Source: Scyliorhinus canicula (Eukaryota). From it: a DNA stretch of 64,000 bases. Positions 48,982 through 61,169 of this stretch are shown piece after piece. The stretch lies in the NCBI RefSeq assembly GCF_902713615.1, contig NC_052162.1:130472653-130536652 (forward strand), written 5' to 3'. Position numbers and translations under genes: made by a program. Under the pieces are notes generated by a model, which searched no databases, was not told where the DNA came from, and saw only the letters and a list, made by a program, of their open reading frames with translations. Positions within the stretch are counted from its first letter, which is position 1. Every line of letters starts with the position of its first letter.

Positions 48982-49866
48982 TGTTACGGTCCTCTGCTTT
49001 AGTGTGCGGTCAATTCCAGACCCACTTGACCCCGAGTTGCAACGCAATTGAAATGAACAAATAATCCTTCGAAAATGCTCAAAGTCTTTGGTCTATGGTT
49101 GCCCAATAACCACAGTCACCAGGTTTGTAAATTTAAGCACAATTAGATTTTATTAATAACAATAACTATGAGTAAATAAGCAGAAAATACAACTGGTTAA
49201 CTATTATCTAGTTCCTACCCCGCCTCCCCCTACTCTTTAACTTGCCCCACCCTCCACACACAGAGTACAAACACAGAGGAGAAGGAGGGGTGTAAAAAAT
49301 AATACAAAAAGTAAAAGGATACAAATCTCTATTTCCGCTGGACGTCTTCCAGTGCACCTTTCTTCAGTCTAGGGCCTAGACTCTAGGCCTTCATTTGGAG
49401 ATTTTTGCTTTCAGTCTTTAATGGTTTTCACTGTAGATTCATCAAGGTCTCAAAACGTCTCTGCAAGTTCAGAAGATAGGCAGCATTTCTGGAGCAAGAG
49501 ACAGAGAGAGCAGCTCCCAGCTCCTTATCTCAGCATCCAAGACTGTCCCTTCCTGGGTTCTCAGAAAACCATCCCAAACGGGTAGGACCCAATCAGAGCC
49601 TGTCGGAAGGCAGAATAAGACCATTGGCCAATTCATGGGGAACCAGCCAACCAATTGAACCGATTCCCTCCGATCTACCGGGTACAAGAAAGCCTGAGTT
49701 CTGTTGTTCAAAAGCTAAATTTCCAATAGCACAGTGTGCTATTTTGCAACTTTCAAGTTCTTCAATTCCTCTGCTCAACTTAAAGGTTCATTAAATGTCC
49801 ATGGATCAAAATGATGACAAGTCAAAGAAATGGGAAATAAGGGAATCAACAGGTAGGGTCCTTACA
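48982..49866 (-). mobile_element. Solo LTR (family C), with a partial duplicate at 49908-50040
   Basis: TGTTAC...TTACA termini; flanks CTAC/GTAC; homologous to 63227-63360. Confidence 0.75.
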
Positions 49867-52034
49867 GTACGAATACTCTCTCGAGCACTGCCCACATGGA
49901 TGCTCTGAATACAACTGGTTAACTATTATCTAGTTCCTACCCTGCCCCCCCCCCCCCAGTCTTTAACTTGCCCCACCCTCCACACACACACAGTACAAAC
50001 ACAGAGGAGAAAGAGGGGTGTAAAGAAAAATAATACAAGAAGTATTATGCTGATCACAAGCTTGGCCCCTCTGTTGGCATTGGAAGACGTCATCACTTCC
50101 TGGATACTTTGACAGTGTCCGCAACGCAGATTCAAGCGTGGACCCCACACAGGCATATTTGTGCCATATGATCCTCAAGCAGTGGAATCTGAGGACACCC
50201 CACAGATGATATGAAGCCCTTCCTCCCTGAGCACCAAGAGCTGAGTGTAGAAGATGGCATCATCCTGTGGGGAGCCCGAGCAGTCGTCCCCGCCCAGCTC
50301 AGCTCCCAATTCTGATTGAGTTGAATATTGGACACCCGGGAGATCCAAGTTCAATGCTTGCAAGGAGCAATGTCTGGTGTCCTGGGCTCGATACAGATAT
50401 CAGGAATCTGGTGAGGCAGTGCTCCTTCTGCCAGCAGAACCAGAAGCTCCCACCTTTGACCTCCTTGCACCATGGGAATGGCCAGGAAGACCAAGATACG
50501 GGTGCACGTGCACTTCGCTGGCCAGTTCTTGGGATTGATGTTCCATATTATGGCCGATGCCCACACAAAATGGTTAGAAGTACTTTGTATGTCCTCCATG
50601 ACTTATCATCCAGTTGTAGAAAAACTCCTGTAAAGTGTCTGTAGCCACTGCATACCTGAAGTCCTCATCTCCGATATTGCTACTCCTTTACCGATGGAGA
50701 ATTTCAGGCATTCATGAAGCCAGATGGCATTAAACATATCCGAATGCGCCATACCATCTATTGTCTAATGGCCTAGCATTCAGAACCAGAATGAAGAAAG
50801 CCTGCTGGTTCCCTGGGTATGAAATTGTCCCGGTTCCTCTTTAACTGTAGAACCACTTGGCACATAGCAACAGGAGTGACGCCAGTGGAATTTTTAATGA
50901 GACGCCAACTGCGCACCAGGCTCAGCCTTCTTTTTCTTAACTTAAGGATGGGGTGGGGGCGTGGGATGGGGAGGTGGAGTCAAAGCAGGAAACCCAAAAA
51001 ACGAACTATAACACCAGAAGACTCAGAACAGGATACGCTGTCTATGTGCGGAACTTTGGAGATGACTCCCGATGGAACCCAGAAGTCATGCTGGAAAAGA
51101 CTGGCCCGGTTTCTTACAAAGTCAAAGTTCAAGTGAAGGCTATTAAAGAACACCTGGACCAACAGAGAAGCAGAGATCCCACTCCAACACAGTTTCATGC
51201 AGAGACGGCGTCCTTGATGCCCGCTGCACCTACCTGCAGCAAGGGGACTCAGCCTATGTGGGACCCTAGAGTTGCTTCTCCCTCCCCACTCCCGACGACG
51301 AAGATTCAGAATCCAACATGGAGACTGAGGGGATTGATCCTCCGCTGTAGCTCAGCACCGAAGAGGAGCCTCCGTCTGTGGCCCTTTGGCACTCAACGAG
51401 GAAGCGGCGATCCCCACTCCCCTCCCCTCCACCCATATCCGGTTCCACCTGCCACCGACTCGAGACTTTGTGCCAAGCGACGAAAGAGGCCTCATTACCG
51501 TTGGGTGGGGGGGGGGGGGGGGGGGGGAGGTGGATGATTGGGACTTGAGGGGAAAGGGTTGTGATAACCCTCACGGGGACCACGGGGTATCGCTGAATTA
51601 TCTCCCTGTGGCTTCATTGAATACGAGTTCCCACAGTGAGCATGCTGTAGCTCGGTAGCAGGACCTTCAAATGTAGCTCCCAGAACCGGACCCGCGATTC
51701 CCGACAGTCTTGGGCTGGGAGGTTTGTTTCGTCCGCCACAGTAGTGGCTTTTTCAGCCTTTCACTCCGTGCCTACCAGAACTACTGCAGATTAGCTCTAA
51801 CTGGGGGACTATCCTCAATCTTGCTGAGGACGTAACTAACCCTACCACCCAACTCCACAGCAACCATCCACTCATGACCCATCCACTCACCTTCACTATC
51901 GACAAGAGATGGGAAGTCCAAAGTACACTCCCCTCCCATAATGCAAAGAGAACCGCACATTAAAAAAGAGTGAAACTGCACACAGACCACATATCATGTA
52001 ATATTCTTTGTACGTTAGCTTTTTTTTCCTTTTT

Positions 52035-52330
52035 GTAATGGGATGTGAGCATCGCTGGCTGGGCCCAGGATTTATTGCCCACCCCCGAGGGCATTTAACG
52101 GTCAATCACATTGCTGTGGGTCTGGAGTCACATGTAGGCCTAGACCGGGTAAGGACGGCAGATTGCCTTTCCTAAAGGTCATTAGTGAACCAGATGAGTT
52201 TATTGCATCGACAATGGGTTTATTAGACTTTATTAATTCCAGATGTTTTATTGAATTCAAATTCCACCGTCTGCCCTGGGTCTCTGGATTGCTAGTCCAG
52301 GGACGTTACCACCATGCCACTGTCTCCCCT
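52035..52330 (-). mobile_element. Older SINE (Deu-type-like); also 60880-61160 and fragments upstream of the ZNF-B/C/D acceptors
   Basis: GGTCTGG(A/G)GTCACATGTAGGCC...ATTAGTGAACCAGATG is shared between copies. Confidence 0.6.
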
Positions 52331-53189
52331 TGGCTTCATATGGTTTTTACTCGAGCAGGATTACAGATGGATTTAACCCTCATGCACACATCTCGCCCAC
52401 CCTTGCAGGAGAAAAGACAACAATGTAAAATCAGCATCATAATCACAAGGGAGCAACGTCCAGGATTATTGAAAAAGTGTAGGGGGAACAGATCATAAGC
52501 CTTGAAGACCGATACATCGTGCTCCATCAAACGTGATCCATCCAGCCTCCACATCAGGATTCCTAAAGCATGGCAGCCAATCTTCAAACTCAGTCAGAAA
52601 TTCGCCTCTCGCTTCCCGACGGAAACCAGACACGTGGACACACCTTGTCTGGCACTTGCTTCCCGAAACCGTCAGGTTAAGCGACATGCCATGCAGTAGG
52701 ATCTCAATGGACTGAAGGCGGGCCTTAAACCAGAGAAAGTGCTCCATTAAATGCAGAGATTCTCCCCTGCACCTCTACCCTTCTCCCAGGTTTACACTCC
52801 AAAGACCTGCTACACGGAGCCAGGTCACCACCCAGATCGAGACTCCCAGGGGCTGTCATCACCCCAATGCCCATTGCACCGCTGGGGCGCAAGCCCTGCT
52901 CATCAGCAACAGCGCCACTGCAAGCCGGGCCCTGCCCCAGCCAACTCCAACCACCTCAATCACACGATTTCACTCAGCTCCTCCTCGCAAAACTCCAGCC
53001 AGGATCATCCAGGGACATCTTACCAAGCATACGCCCCAAGGAAAGGCTTCTATGAAATGAGCACAAGGATAAAATAAAGGATTAAAAGACGGGTGGAGAC
53101 AGAGCCGGCGAAAATTTGCAGCTGCTCCCGCCCTCACATCACATGCCCCCCCCCCCCCCCCCCCCCATCTTACCAATTTGTAATTGGAG

Positions 53190-54240
53190 GAAATTTCTGT
53201 TCATCCAGTACTGGATGCGGGATAAGCAGTTTGATAATTTAGTAACAGTGGAGGAATGGAGAGGGATGGGGGTGAGGTAGAGCTGGGTGTTGTCAGTGTC
53301 CATGTGAAAACTAACCCGGTGCTTTTGGATGATGTCACCTGGTGGCAGCGTGGAGATGAGAAAGAGGAGGGGCCGAGGACAGATCCTTTGGGGACACCAA
53401 GTACAAAGAGAGGAAGGGGAGTGCGGAGATGGGGGCGGCAGTTTGAAACCACAGTAGTGTCAAGGGTTTTTTAAAATTTTGATTACCCAATTCATTTTTT
53501 CCAATTGAGGGGCAATTTAGCGTGGCCAATCCACCTCACCTACACATCTTTGGGTTGCGGTGGTGAAACCCACGCAGACACGGGGAGAATGTGCAAACTC
53601 CGCACGGACAGTGACCCAGGGCCGGGATTGAACCTGGGACCCCGGCGCCGTGAGGCAGCTGTGCTAACCACTACGCCACCGTGCTGCCCTTCAAGGGTTT
53701 TTTTTTAGGTTGGATGATGAGGGTGAATTCAAAGGTGGGACGGACAGGACCAGAAGAGACAAAACCATTAACAATATCAGATAACGTGGAGAAGTTGGGT
53801 GATCAGTAGTTTGTTGGGAAAAGGGTAAAGGGAGAATGCATCAGGCCTTATGGACAAGATGAGCAATGAGAGGGTTTAACAGGAGATACATATAATAATA
53901 ATCTGTTATTGTCACAGGTAGGCTTACATTAATACTTCAATGACGTTACTGTGAAAAGACCCTCGTCGCCACATTCCGGCGCCTGTTCGGGTACACAGGG
54001 GGGGAATTCAGAATGTCCAATTCACCTAACAACACATTAGATAGGAGGGCAGCTGGAGAAAGATGTGAATTCAGAGCTTGGAAAAGGGGGAGTTTTAGAG
54101 ACAGTTTGGTCTGGTGGGCGAGCGGAAGGGAGGGAAGTGGCTGAGGCAGCTGATCAGATTGTCTCGATATTAGTGAGACAGAAGCTCCATGAGCTCCTCC
54201 ATTTGTTGTTGGAGGGGTGGATGGAGGAGGCAGAGGGGGA
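53190..54240 (-). mobile_element. L2-like LINE fragments with SINEs (53465-53689, 53892-54033)
   Basis: GVPKGSVLGP motif followed by a frameshifted DDTQL-like segment. Confidence 0.65.
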
Positions 54241-54440
54241 GAAACATTCAAAAGGAGAACCCTTCAAATATATTAAAAGGACACAGTACACAATTTTTAA
54301 CACAAAGGTGACGTATTGATTTTCGTCCAGAATATTAGCCTCTATGACTGGCCTGAAATTTATTAACATCAGCAGAAACAGACCCCAATGAACAGGCCTC
54401 AGTTCTCAAAGTGATTAACAATAAAATCCAACCACTGCAG

Positions 54441-55478
54441 TTACTTATGAACTTGTTGGTGTCTCAGCAGGTTGGATGACTGAGTAAACCCCTTCCCACA
54501 CTTGGAGCAGGTGAACGGCCTCTCCCCGGAATGAACACGTTGGTGTGTCAGCAGGTTGGACGACTGAGTGAATCTCTTCCCACAATCAGAGCAGGTGAAC
54601 AGCCTCTCCCCAGTGTGAACCCGCTGGTGTCTCAGCAGAGCGGATGACTGAGTGAATCTCTTCCCACACTTGCCGCAGGTGAACGGTCTCTCCCCAGTGT
54701 GGACTCGCTGGTGTCTCAGCAGGGTGTATGATTGAGTGAATGCCTCCCCACACTCGGAGCAGGTGAACGGCCTCTCTCCCATGTGAGTGCGCTGGTGCAC
54801 AGTGAGATGAGATGATCGCGCGAACCCAGTCCCGCAGTGAGAGCACCTGAACGGTCTCTCGCCAGTGTGAACCTGTTGATGGAACATTAGTTCCTGAGAG
54901 GTTTTATAACTCTTCCCACAGTCCAGACATTTAAAAGGTCTCTCGTCAGTGTGAGCTCGCTGGTGTGTCATCAGGTTGGATAAATTAATGAATCCCTTCC
55001 CACACTCGGAGCAGGTGAATGGTCTCTGCCGAGTGTGAACTCGCTGGTGTGTCAGCAAGGTCGATTGGTGAGTGAATCCCTTCCCACACTCAGAGCAGGT
55101 GAATGGCCTCTCCCCAGTGTGTATTCGCTGGTGTGTCAGCAGGGTGGATGACTGAGTGAATCCCATCCCACACACAGAGCAGATGAACGGCCTCTCCCCA
55201 CTGTGCGTTCGCTGGTGTGTCAGCAGGGTGGATGACTTAGTGAATCCCCTTCCACAGTCCGAGCAGGTGAATGGCCTCTCCCCGGTGTGAACTCGTTGAT
55301 GAGTTTCCAACACTGATGGATAATTGAATCCCTTCCCACAGTCCCCACATTTCCACGGCTTCTCTCCATCATGACTGCATTTATGTTTTGACAGGCCAGA
55401 CGATCGGTTGAATCCTCGTCCACACAAAGAACACTTATACGCTTTCTCCCCACTGCGAACGTTGCTTTTTCCTTCCAT
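54441..55478 (-). CDS. Tandem C2H2 zinc-finger protein ZNF-D, 12 intact fingers
   Basis: Open frame from AACATGG (55478) to HQQVHK*. Exon start 55587; donor candidate AAG|GTGAG at 57424; AATAAA at ~54360. Confidence 0.92.
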   Translation of the reverse strand: MEGKSNVRSGEKAYKCSLCGRGFNRSSGLSKHKCSHDGEKPWKCGDCGKGFNYPSVLETHQRVHTGERPFTCSDCGRGFTKSSTLLTHQRTHSGERPFICSVCGMGFTQSSTLLTHQRIHTGERPFTCSECGKGFTHQSTLLTHQRVHTRQRPFTCSECGKGFINLSNLMTHQRAHTDERPFKCLDCGKSYKTSQELMFHQQVHTGERPFRCSHCGTGFARSSHLTVHQRTHMGERPFTCSECGEAFTQSYTLLRHQRVHTGERPFTCGKCGKRFTQSSALLRHQRVHTGERLFTCSDCGKRFTQSSNLLTHQRVHSGERPFTCSKCGKGFTQSSNLLRHQQVHK

Positions 55479-55834
55479 GTTCAAATTCCAATTATATTCA
55501 AGTTACGATGAATTGGGCGACTCTTTCAGATCCTGACGTGATGTTTCATTTCATCTTTCCAACTGCAAATATTCCCCTTCTAACACCCTGTGAATTTGAT
55601 CTAAGACAGATAAAAGGAAATGAGAGAGAACCCACAAAAACACAAAGGCAGGTTGTGAAATTGAGCTGAGTAAATCTGGTCATTTGTGAGGCCGGAACGA
55701 GGATAAAGTGACCATGAAAACTGCTGGATTGTCATAAAAACCCAACTGGTTCACTGATGTCCTTGAGGGAAGGGAATTTGTCACCCTGGCCGGTCCTACA
55801 CATCATCCAGTATTTATTTATTTTTTTCTTTTAT

Positions 55835-56878
55835 ATTTTTTTATAAATTTAGAGTACCCAATTCATTTTTTCCAATTAAGGGGCAATTTAGCGTGGCCAA
55901 TCCACCTACCCTGCCACAACCTTTTAGGTTGTGGGGGTGAAATCCACGCAAACACGGGGAGAATGTGCAAACTCCACACGGACAGTGACCCAGAGCCGGG
56001 ATCGAAACTGGGACCTCGGCACCGTGAGGCAACAGGGCTAACCCACTGCGCCACCGTGCTGCCCTTATCATCCAATATTTATTGCAGGGGTGAGAGGGAA
56101 GGAGCTGGAAGAACCAAAGGGTAAAGGAGAGGGATTCTCGAGCTTGACCAGAACACTGACAGAATGTCTTAACCCCTCACCCTCCAACATCTAGATCGAT
56201 CAGGGTTGTAGGTGCATGTGAAGGTCATCACCTCCAAGTTCCCCTCCAACACACACTGTCCTGACTTGTCCGACATCCAGTACTGCAGGAGCAGAAATTT
56301 TCCATCAATTAAATACTGGGGAGACTGAAGCCATTGTCTCCAGTCCCCACCACAAACCTCATTCTCTAACCACCATCTCCACTCTTCTTTCTGTTGACTG
56401 TCTGAGGCAGAATCGAATTGTTCAGAACCATGGTTGTCATATTCAACCCCGAGTAGATCTTTTCACTACATAGTCACATCGTCACCAAGACCACCTTTTC
56501 CTCCTCAGTAACATAGGCCGACTCCACCTTACTCTCTGTTTATCTGCTGCAGCCAATCTATTCCATCTAATTCCAGCTTCTTGAACAATCCTGATTTTTA
56601 ATAGCTCCTCCATTGCTGATCATTCTTTCACTTGACTCAGTCGCAAGCTCTGGAATGTCTTCTTTAAAAAAAAAATTAATTTAGAGTACCCAATTCATTT
56701 TTCCAATTAAGGAGCAATTTAGCGTGGCCAATCCACCTACCCTGCACATCTTTGGGTTGTGGGGGTGAAACCCACGCAAACACAGGAGAATGTGCAAAAT
56801 CCACACGGACAGTGACCCAGGGCCTGGATCGAATCTGGGACCTCGGCGCCGTGAAGCAACTGTGCCACCGTGCTGCCC
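55835..56878 (-). mobile_element. Two short V-SINEs (55835-56064, 56665-56878) in the ZNF-D intron
   Basis: Consensus matches. Confidence 0.85.
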
Positions 56879-57179
56879 TGGAATGTCCTCTTTAAGCCTC
56901 TCTGCCTGTCCACCTCCTCCGCTTTCTATAAAACCTAATGCTTTGACCAAACCTTTGGTGACCAGTCCGAATATCTCATGTGGCTCAAAGTCAAAATGCT
57001 ACTTTGTCACCTTTCTGTGAAACGACCTGGATTGTTTTATTCTGTTAAAGACACAATATGAATACTAATCATTGTCACCGACCTCGTTGTTCTGCCTCAT
57101 CATTAATAAATTGGAAGTGAAAGGGTGAAGAAGCAGTTTGATGGACAATTTGTTCACTGAGAGGAATGTCAAAAATATT

Positions 57180-57750
57180 GCCCCTAAGAAAGATGGCGGC
57201 TCCGCATACACCCTGCTGCTAGTGCCCCCAATAGAGATGGCGGCGATTAACCCAGGTAAACTGGGAGGAAGCTGCACCGCTGCTGTGTGCAACGGGCGCG
57301 AGGGGGGGGTAAACCTGTGTGCCGGTGGATTCCTTCACAGGGGTTTATGGTTTATATAACATGCTTACAAGGCATTTTCAACTCCCCGCCTCACATATCG
57401 CCCCAGTCGCCCCGCCATCCTCACCTTTGTGGATTGTGGATCCGAGAAAAAAAATTCCTATTAAAAACCGTCACTAATCACACTGCGCATGCTTCACTCA
57501 GTCCCGCCCCCTCATTCACTCCGATTGGTCGGAGGACCTCCCAGTCGCTCCTCCAGCCCCGCCTCCTCTCCTGATATTGGCCTGGTACTGCCATCAATCA
57601 TTCTCCGGGCATTGTGAGGTGTCAGGTGAGAGGTCAGTGTCGGGGGGCGGGGTTTGCAAATCCCGAGTGGGGCCCCAGAGCCGAATGTGTAACAATGAAC
57701 ATTCTCCACTCTCACTATCCGTCACTTCCGGCTTCTCTCCACAACCTCAT
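57180..57750. promoter_or_regulatory. Bidirectional promoter 3 (ZNF-D / ZNF-E)
   Basis: YY1 AAGATGGCGGC at 57190 and AGATGGCGGC at 57235, NRF1 TGCGCATGC 57484, ATTGG 57524, GC boxes, ETS CACTTCCGG 57723. The core is homologous to promoter 2. Confidence 0.8.
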
Positions 57751-58054
57751 CGAGACCAGGGGGGTAGACACTGACCCAGTGACAATGTCAGTGCATTAGT
57801 TACCCAGAGAGACAGGAGAATGTTCTGGGGACATGGGCTCAAATCCATTAAATTAATACAATCTGGAATTTAAAGTTTGTCCCATATGGATGCCAAACAT
57901 TTATGGGGACAGTCAATTAATATACTATGTTTCCAAATAGGGGCATTAAGAAATAGTGCTTTTGGCAACTCGAGTCAATAGGGACTCTCTGTAGAGCAAT
58001 CCCGTCATTCCCATTCCGCCTCTATATACCCATTGCCCTGCCATGTTTATTTCC

Positions 58055-58206
58055 ATGATGAGGAGATGCCGGCGTTGGACTGGGGTGAGCACAGTAAGAA
58101 GTCTTACAACACCAGGTTAAAGTCCTTCGGAAGGAGCAGTGCTCCGAAAGCTAGTGTTTGAAACAAACATGTTGGACTTTAACCTGGTGTTGTAAGACTT
58201 CTTACT
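58055..58206. mobile_element. Penelope-type short insertion with internal inverted repeat
   Basis: Perfect 33-bp inverted repeat 58093-58125 / 58174-58206; 12-bp TSD ATGTTTATTTCC. Confidence 0.75.
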
Positions 58207-58649
58207 ATGTTTATTTCCTTCAAGTGCCCACCCAGTTTCAGCTGTTAGATTGCTCCGAGTCTTGGAACAATTTCCATATTTGTGCAGGTTAGGTGGATTG
58301 GCCATGATAAATTGCCCTTAGTGTCCAAAATTGCCCTTAGTTTATGGGTGGGGTTACTGGGTTATTGGGATAGGGTGGAGGTGTTGAACTTGGGTAGGGT
58401 GCTCTTTCCAAGAGCCGGTGCAGACTCGATGGGCCGAATGGCCTCCTGCACTGTAAGTTCTATGAAAGAACTTTCTGTTTTAGATCCCCTCAGGAAAGTT
58501 TTCAGCAGCCAGGATTAGGCCCACAGCCTTTATCAGAGAAATAAATCACTGCTTATGTCTTCTTCGACCATCCTCATAGGCAGCGAGTTCCAGGACATGA
58601 CAACATTCTGTCCAATTAAAGTGCCTCTTAACCCCCAAGCATCAAGTGA

Positions 58650-59060
58650 TGAATGCAGGATTTTGAAAATATAGATTGTATGATATATCTGTTGCAGTAA
58701 TGTTATTAAAAGCCTGACTTAACGTATATCAGTTGCATTTTTTAAAAATCCTGCTGTAACACACAGGCAGACTCTGTCTGCAAAAGGTGCAATTAGGATG
58801 TCATAAAAGTGAGATCATCATTCATTCCAACCATGTATGTGTTTACCGACATGAAGCCTAATGGAATTTTGTAATGATTGCTGGAGATTCCCTGGAGAGT
58901 AGATAATTTGAGACATTGTGTTTAGACTTAGGTAAGTAGGTCATGGGATCTACGTGGGATAAAGATGCTGTAATTAATGGGAGGAGTCAGATTTGTAACA
59001 GGCAGTTTAGTTTTAGTCTCCCAAAGACACCTAGACTTGCAGCTGGTACTTGAAATGGAT
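58650..59060 (+). mobile_element. Partial LTR (family A)
   Basis: GTCATAAAAGTGAGAT...CATTCATTCCAACCATGTA is shared with the 10483 copy. Confidence 0.7.
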
Positions 59061-59283
59061 TTTTTGTCCAAAATGTGAGGTGGGGTTACCAGGTTGCGGG
59101 GATAGGTTGGGGGCATGGGCCTAGGTAGGGTGCTCTTTCCAAGTGTCAGTGCAGACTCTATGGGCCAAATGGCCTCCTTCTGCAGCATAAGGATTCTGTG
59201 AATATTCCATAGAAACTAGGATTGTTTATTCTGAATTTCTGTCCTCTGTTGACAGTGTTGACTTTTGTATACTCCTTTTACAG

Positions 59284-60875
59284 GATATTAGAAGGGGAGG
59301 ATTTGCAGACAGAAATCTCGGAGCAAATGTCATGTCAGGATCAACAATCATTCGATGAATGGGAATGGAATGTATCATGTGAGAGTACCTTTAAGAAATG
59401 GGTGTTTATAAAATAGCTGTAGTGGATGTACCTTTAAGAAATGGGTGTTTATCAGTGATGTCAGAGTGTGTGTGGAGCTGGGCTGTCTGTCTGCTTTACT
59501 TTAATTTTAGGCTGTTTGCTACAGTGTGTGTTTTAGTTTTGTTTTGAGAGCTGGATAACTGCAGGCAAAGCAATGAGCTGTATAAGGATCTCTCTGCAAA
59601 CTAAAGTGGCTCCAGATGAATTTGGTGATTTCAAAGTGCTGACTGCTCTCAGTCGTGAATTTAAACCTGATCTCTGTGTTAAATAGGGTCTTTTGTCTTA
59701 TGGATGTTAACGAAATGAAAATGAAATGAAAATCGCTTATTGTCACGAGTAGGCTTCAAGTGAAGTTACTGTGAAAAGCCCCGAGTCGCCACATTCCGGC
59801 GCATGTTCGGGGAGGCTGGTACGGGAATTGAAACCGCGCCAATAAGGAAAGATTAAGGTTTACTTATAGAATATTGTATCTGTGGGGAGGATTGGTGTTA
59901 GCACAGGGCTAAATCGCTGGCTTTGAAAGCAGACCAAGGCAGGCCAGCAGCACGGTTCGATTCCTGTACCAGCCTCCCCAAACAGGCGCCGGAATGTGGC
60001 GACTAGGGGCTTTTCACAGTAACTTCGTTTGAAGCCTACTCGTGACAATAAGCGATTATCATTTTAATAGTTAAGATGTTTACTGTGGGTTTATAAAGTC
60101 TTACCTGCTTTCATAAACAAACATTGTTTTAATTTAAAAGTACTGTGGATCTCTGGTGCATCACACCTGTAAGGTAGGCCCGTGTGCTCCCCATAACCAC
60201 AATCTATTAAAAGTTGTGGGTCAGTTGAACTCCATGATACACTTTGGGGTTCTCTAAACCCTGGCCCATAACAAATGTCATCGGCCTTTGAATTGAGGAG
60301 GAATAGCTGTCTGTTCTGTCCGCTTCAAAATACTTTAAACATCAGACTGACTGTTAAAGCTCCGAGTACATCCAAATGAGAATGTTCTAGAGCACTCATT
60401 TTAATCAGTTACGCAGTTGAAAAAAGAACACACCGTTCACTGTGAGGAGGTACCGTTCACTGTGGTACCCATTCACGTGTAAGGTGTCTGGATGAGGCAT
60501 CAACTGTTCACTGAACACAGAGAGATACAAGGACACCTGCACTATGGAGAGACCTTGGATATGTGAACACCGTGAAGGGAAGCCTGTCCTCATTGGAGCT
60601 GCAAAGACTTTGAGCCAGTGAACGGTCTCTCCCAGGTGTGAATATATCAGTGTGTGGAAAGGGATTCACTCAGTCAATGGATCTGCTCACACATCTCGGA
60701 GAGGTTGAGAGTGTGGGAAGGCACACTTGCAAGTTCATACCCCGTGGGGAGGGGCCGCTCACCTTTTCTATGTGTGTGGGAAAGCATTCACTCAGTCATG
60801 CAGCTTAGACACCAGTGAGTTAACACTGGGGAGAGACTGTTTACCTGCACTGAATGTGGGAAGGGATTCACTTCT
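59284..60875 (+). pseudogene. ZNF-E pseudogene (partner of ZNF-D), split by a solo LTR
   Basis: Acceptor TTTTACAG|GATATTAGAAGGGGAGGATTTGCAG; degenerate fingers 60280-60875 (GGAAAGGGATTCACTCAGTC, ACTGGGGAGAGACTGTTTACCTGCACTGAATGTGGGAAGGGATTC) with stops and indels. Confidence 0.8.
59373..60273 (+). mobile_element. Solo LTR (family B) with two nested small SINEs (59713-59836 -, 59893-60062 +)
   Basis: 4-bp TSD AATG; ends CCCATAACA; homologous to 23666-24254. Confidence 0.85.
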
Positions 60876-61169
60876 TTAAATTCGCTATTGTGGGCATTGC
60901 TGACTTGGCCAGCATTTGTTGCTCATCCCTAATTGCCCTTGAAATGAGTGGCTTGCTCGGCCATTTCAGTGGGGGGGGGGGGGGGGGGGAGGCAGTTAAG
61001 AGTCAACCATGTCGCCATGTGGGTCTGGGGTCACATGTAGGCCAGACCGTGTTCGGGCGGTAGATTTCCTTCCTTGAAGGACATTAGTGAACCAGATGTT
61101 TTCTTTAATGACATTAGAATTTTAATTCCAGATTTGTATTGAATTCAAATTTCACCACCATGCCAGAGT

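Larger units (their letters stand above)
39789..51788 (+). mobile_element. Degenerate full-length Gypsy (Mag-like) LTR retrotransposon, expanded by nested insertions
   Basis: 5' LTR ~39789-40190 and 3' LTR ~51561-51788 share AAATGTAGCTCCC and GCCTTTCACT. PBS-like TGGACGACGAGG at ~40190; PPT GAGGGGAAAGGG at ~51547. Protease DTGAA at 40836, RT remnant ~41500-41720, RNase H remnant ~48720-48980, integrase GHPG...VWCPGLDTDI...CSFC at 50300-51100. Confidence 0.78.

Noticed and set aside
52330-53150. Possible LINE remnant
   Set aside because: No motif I can assign with confidence.
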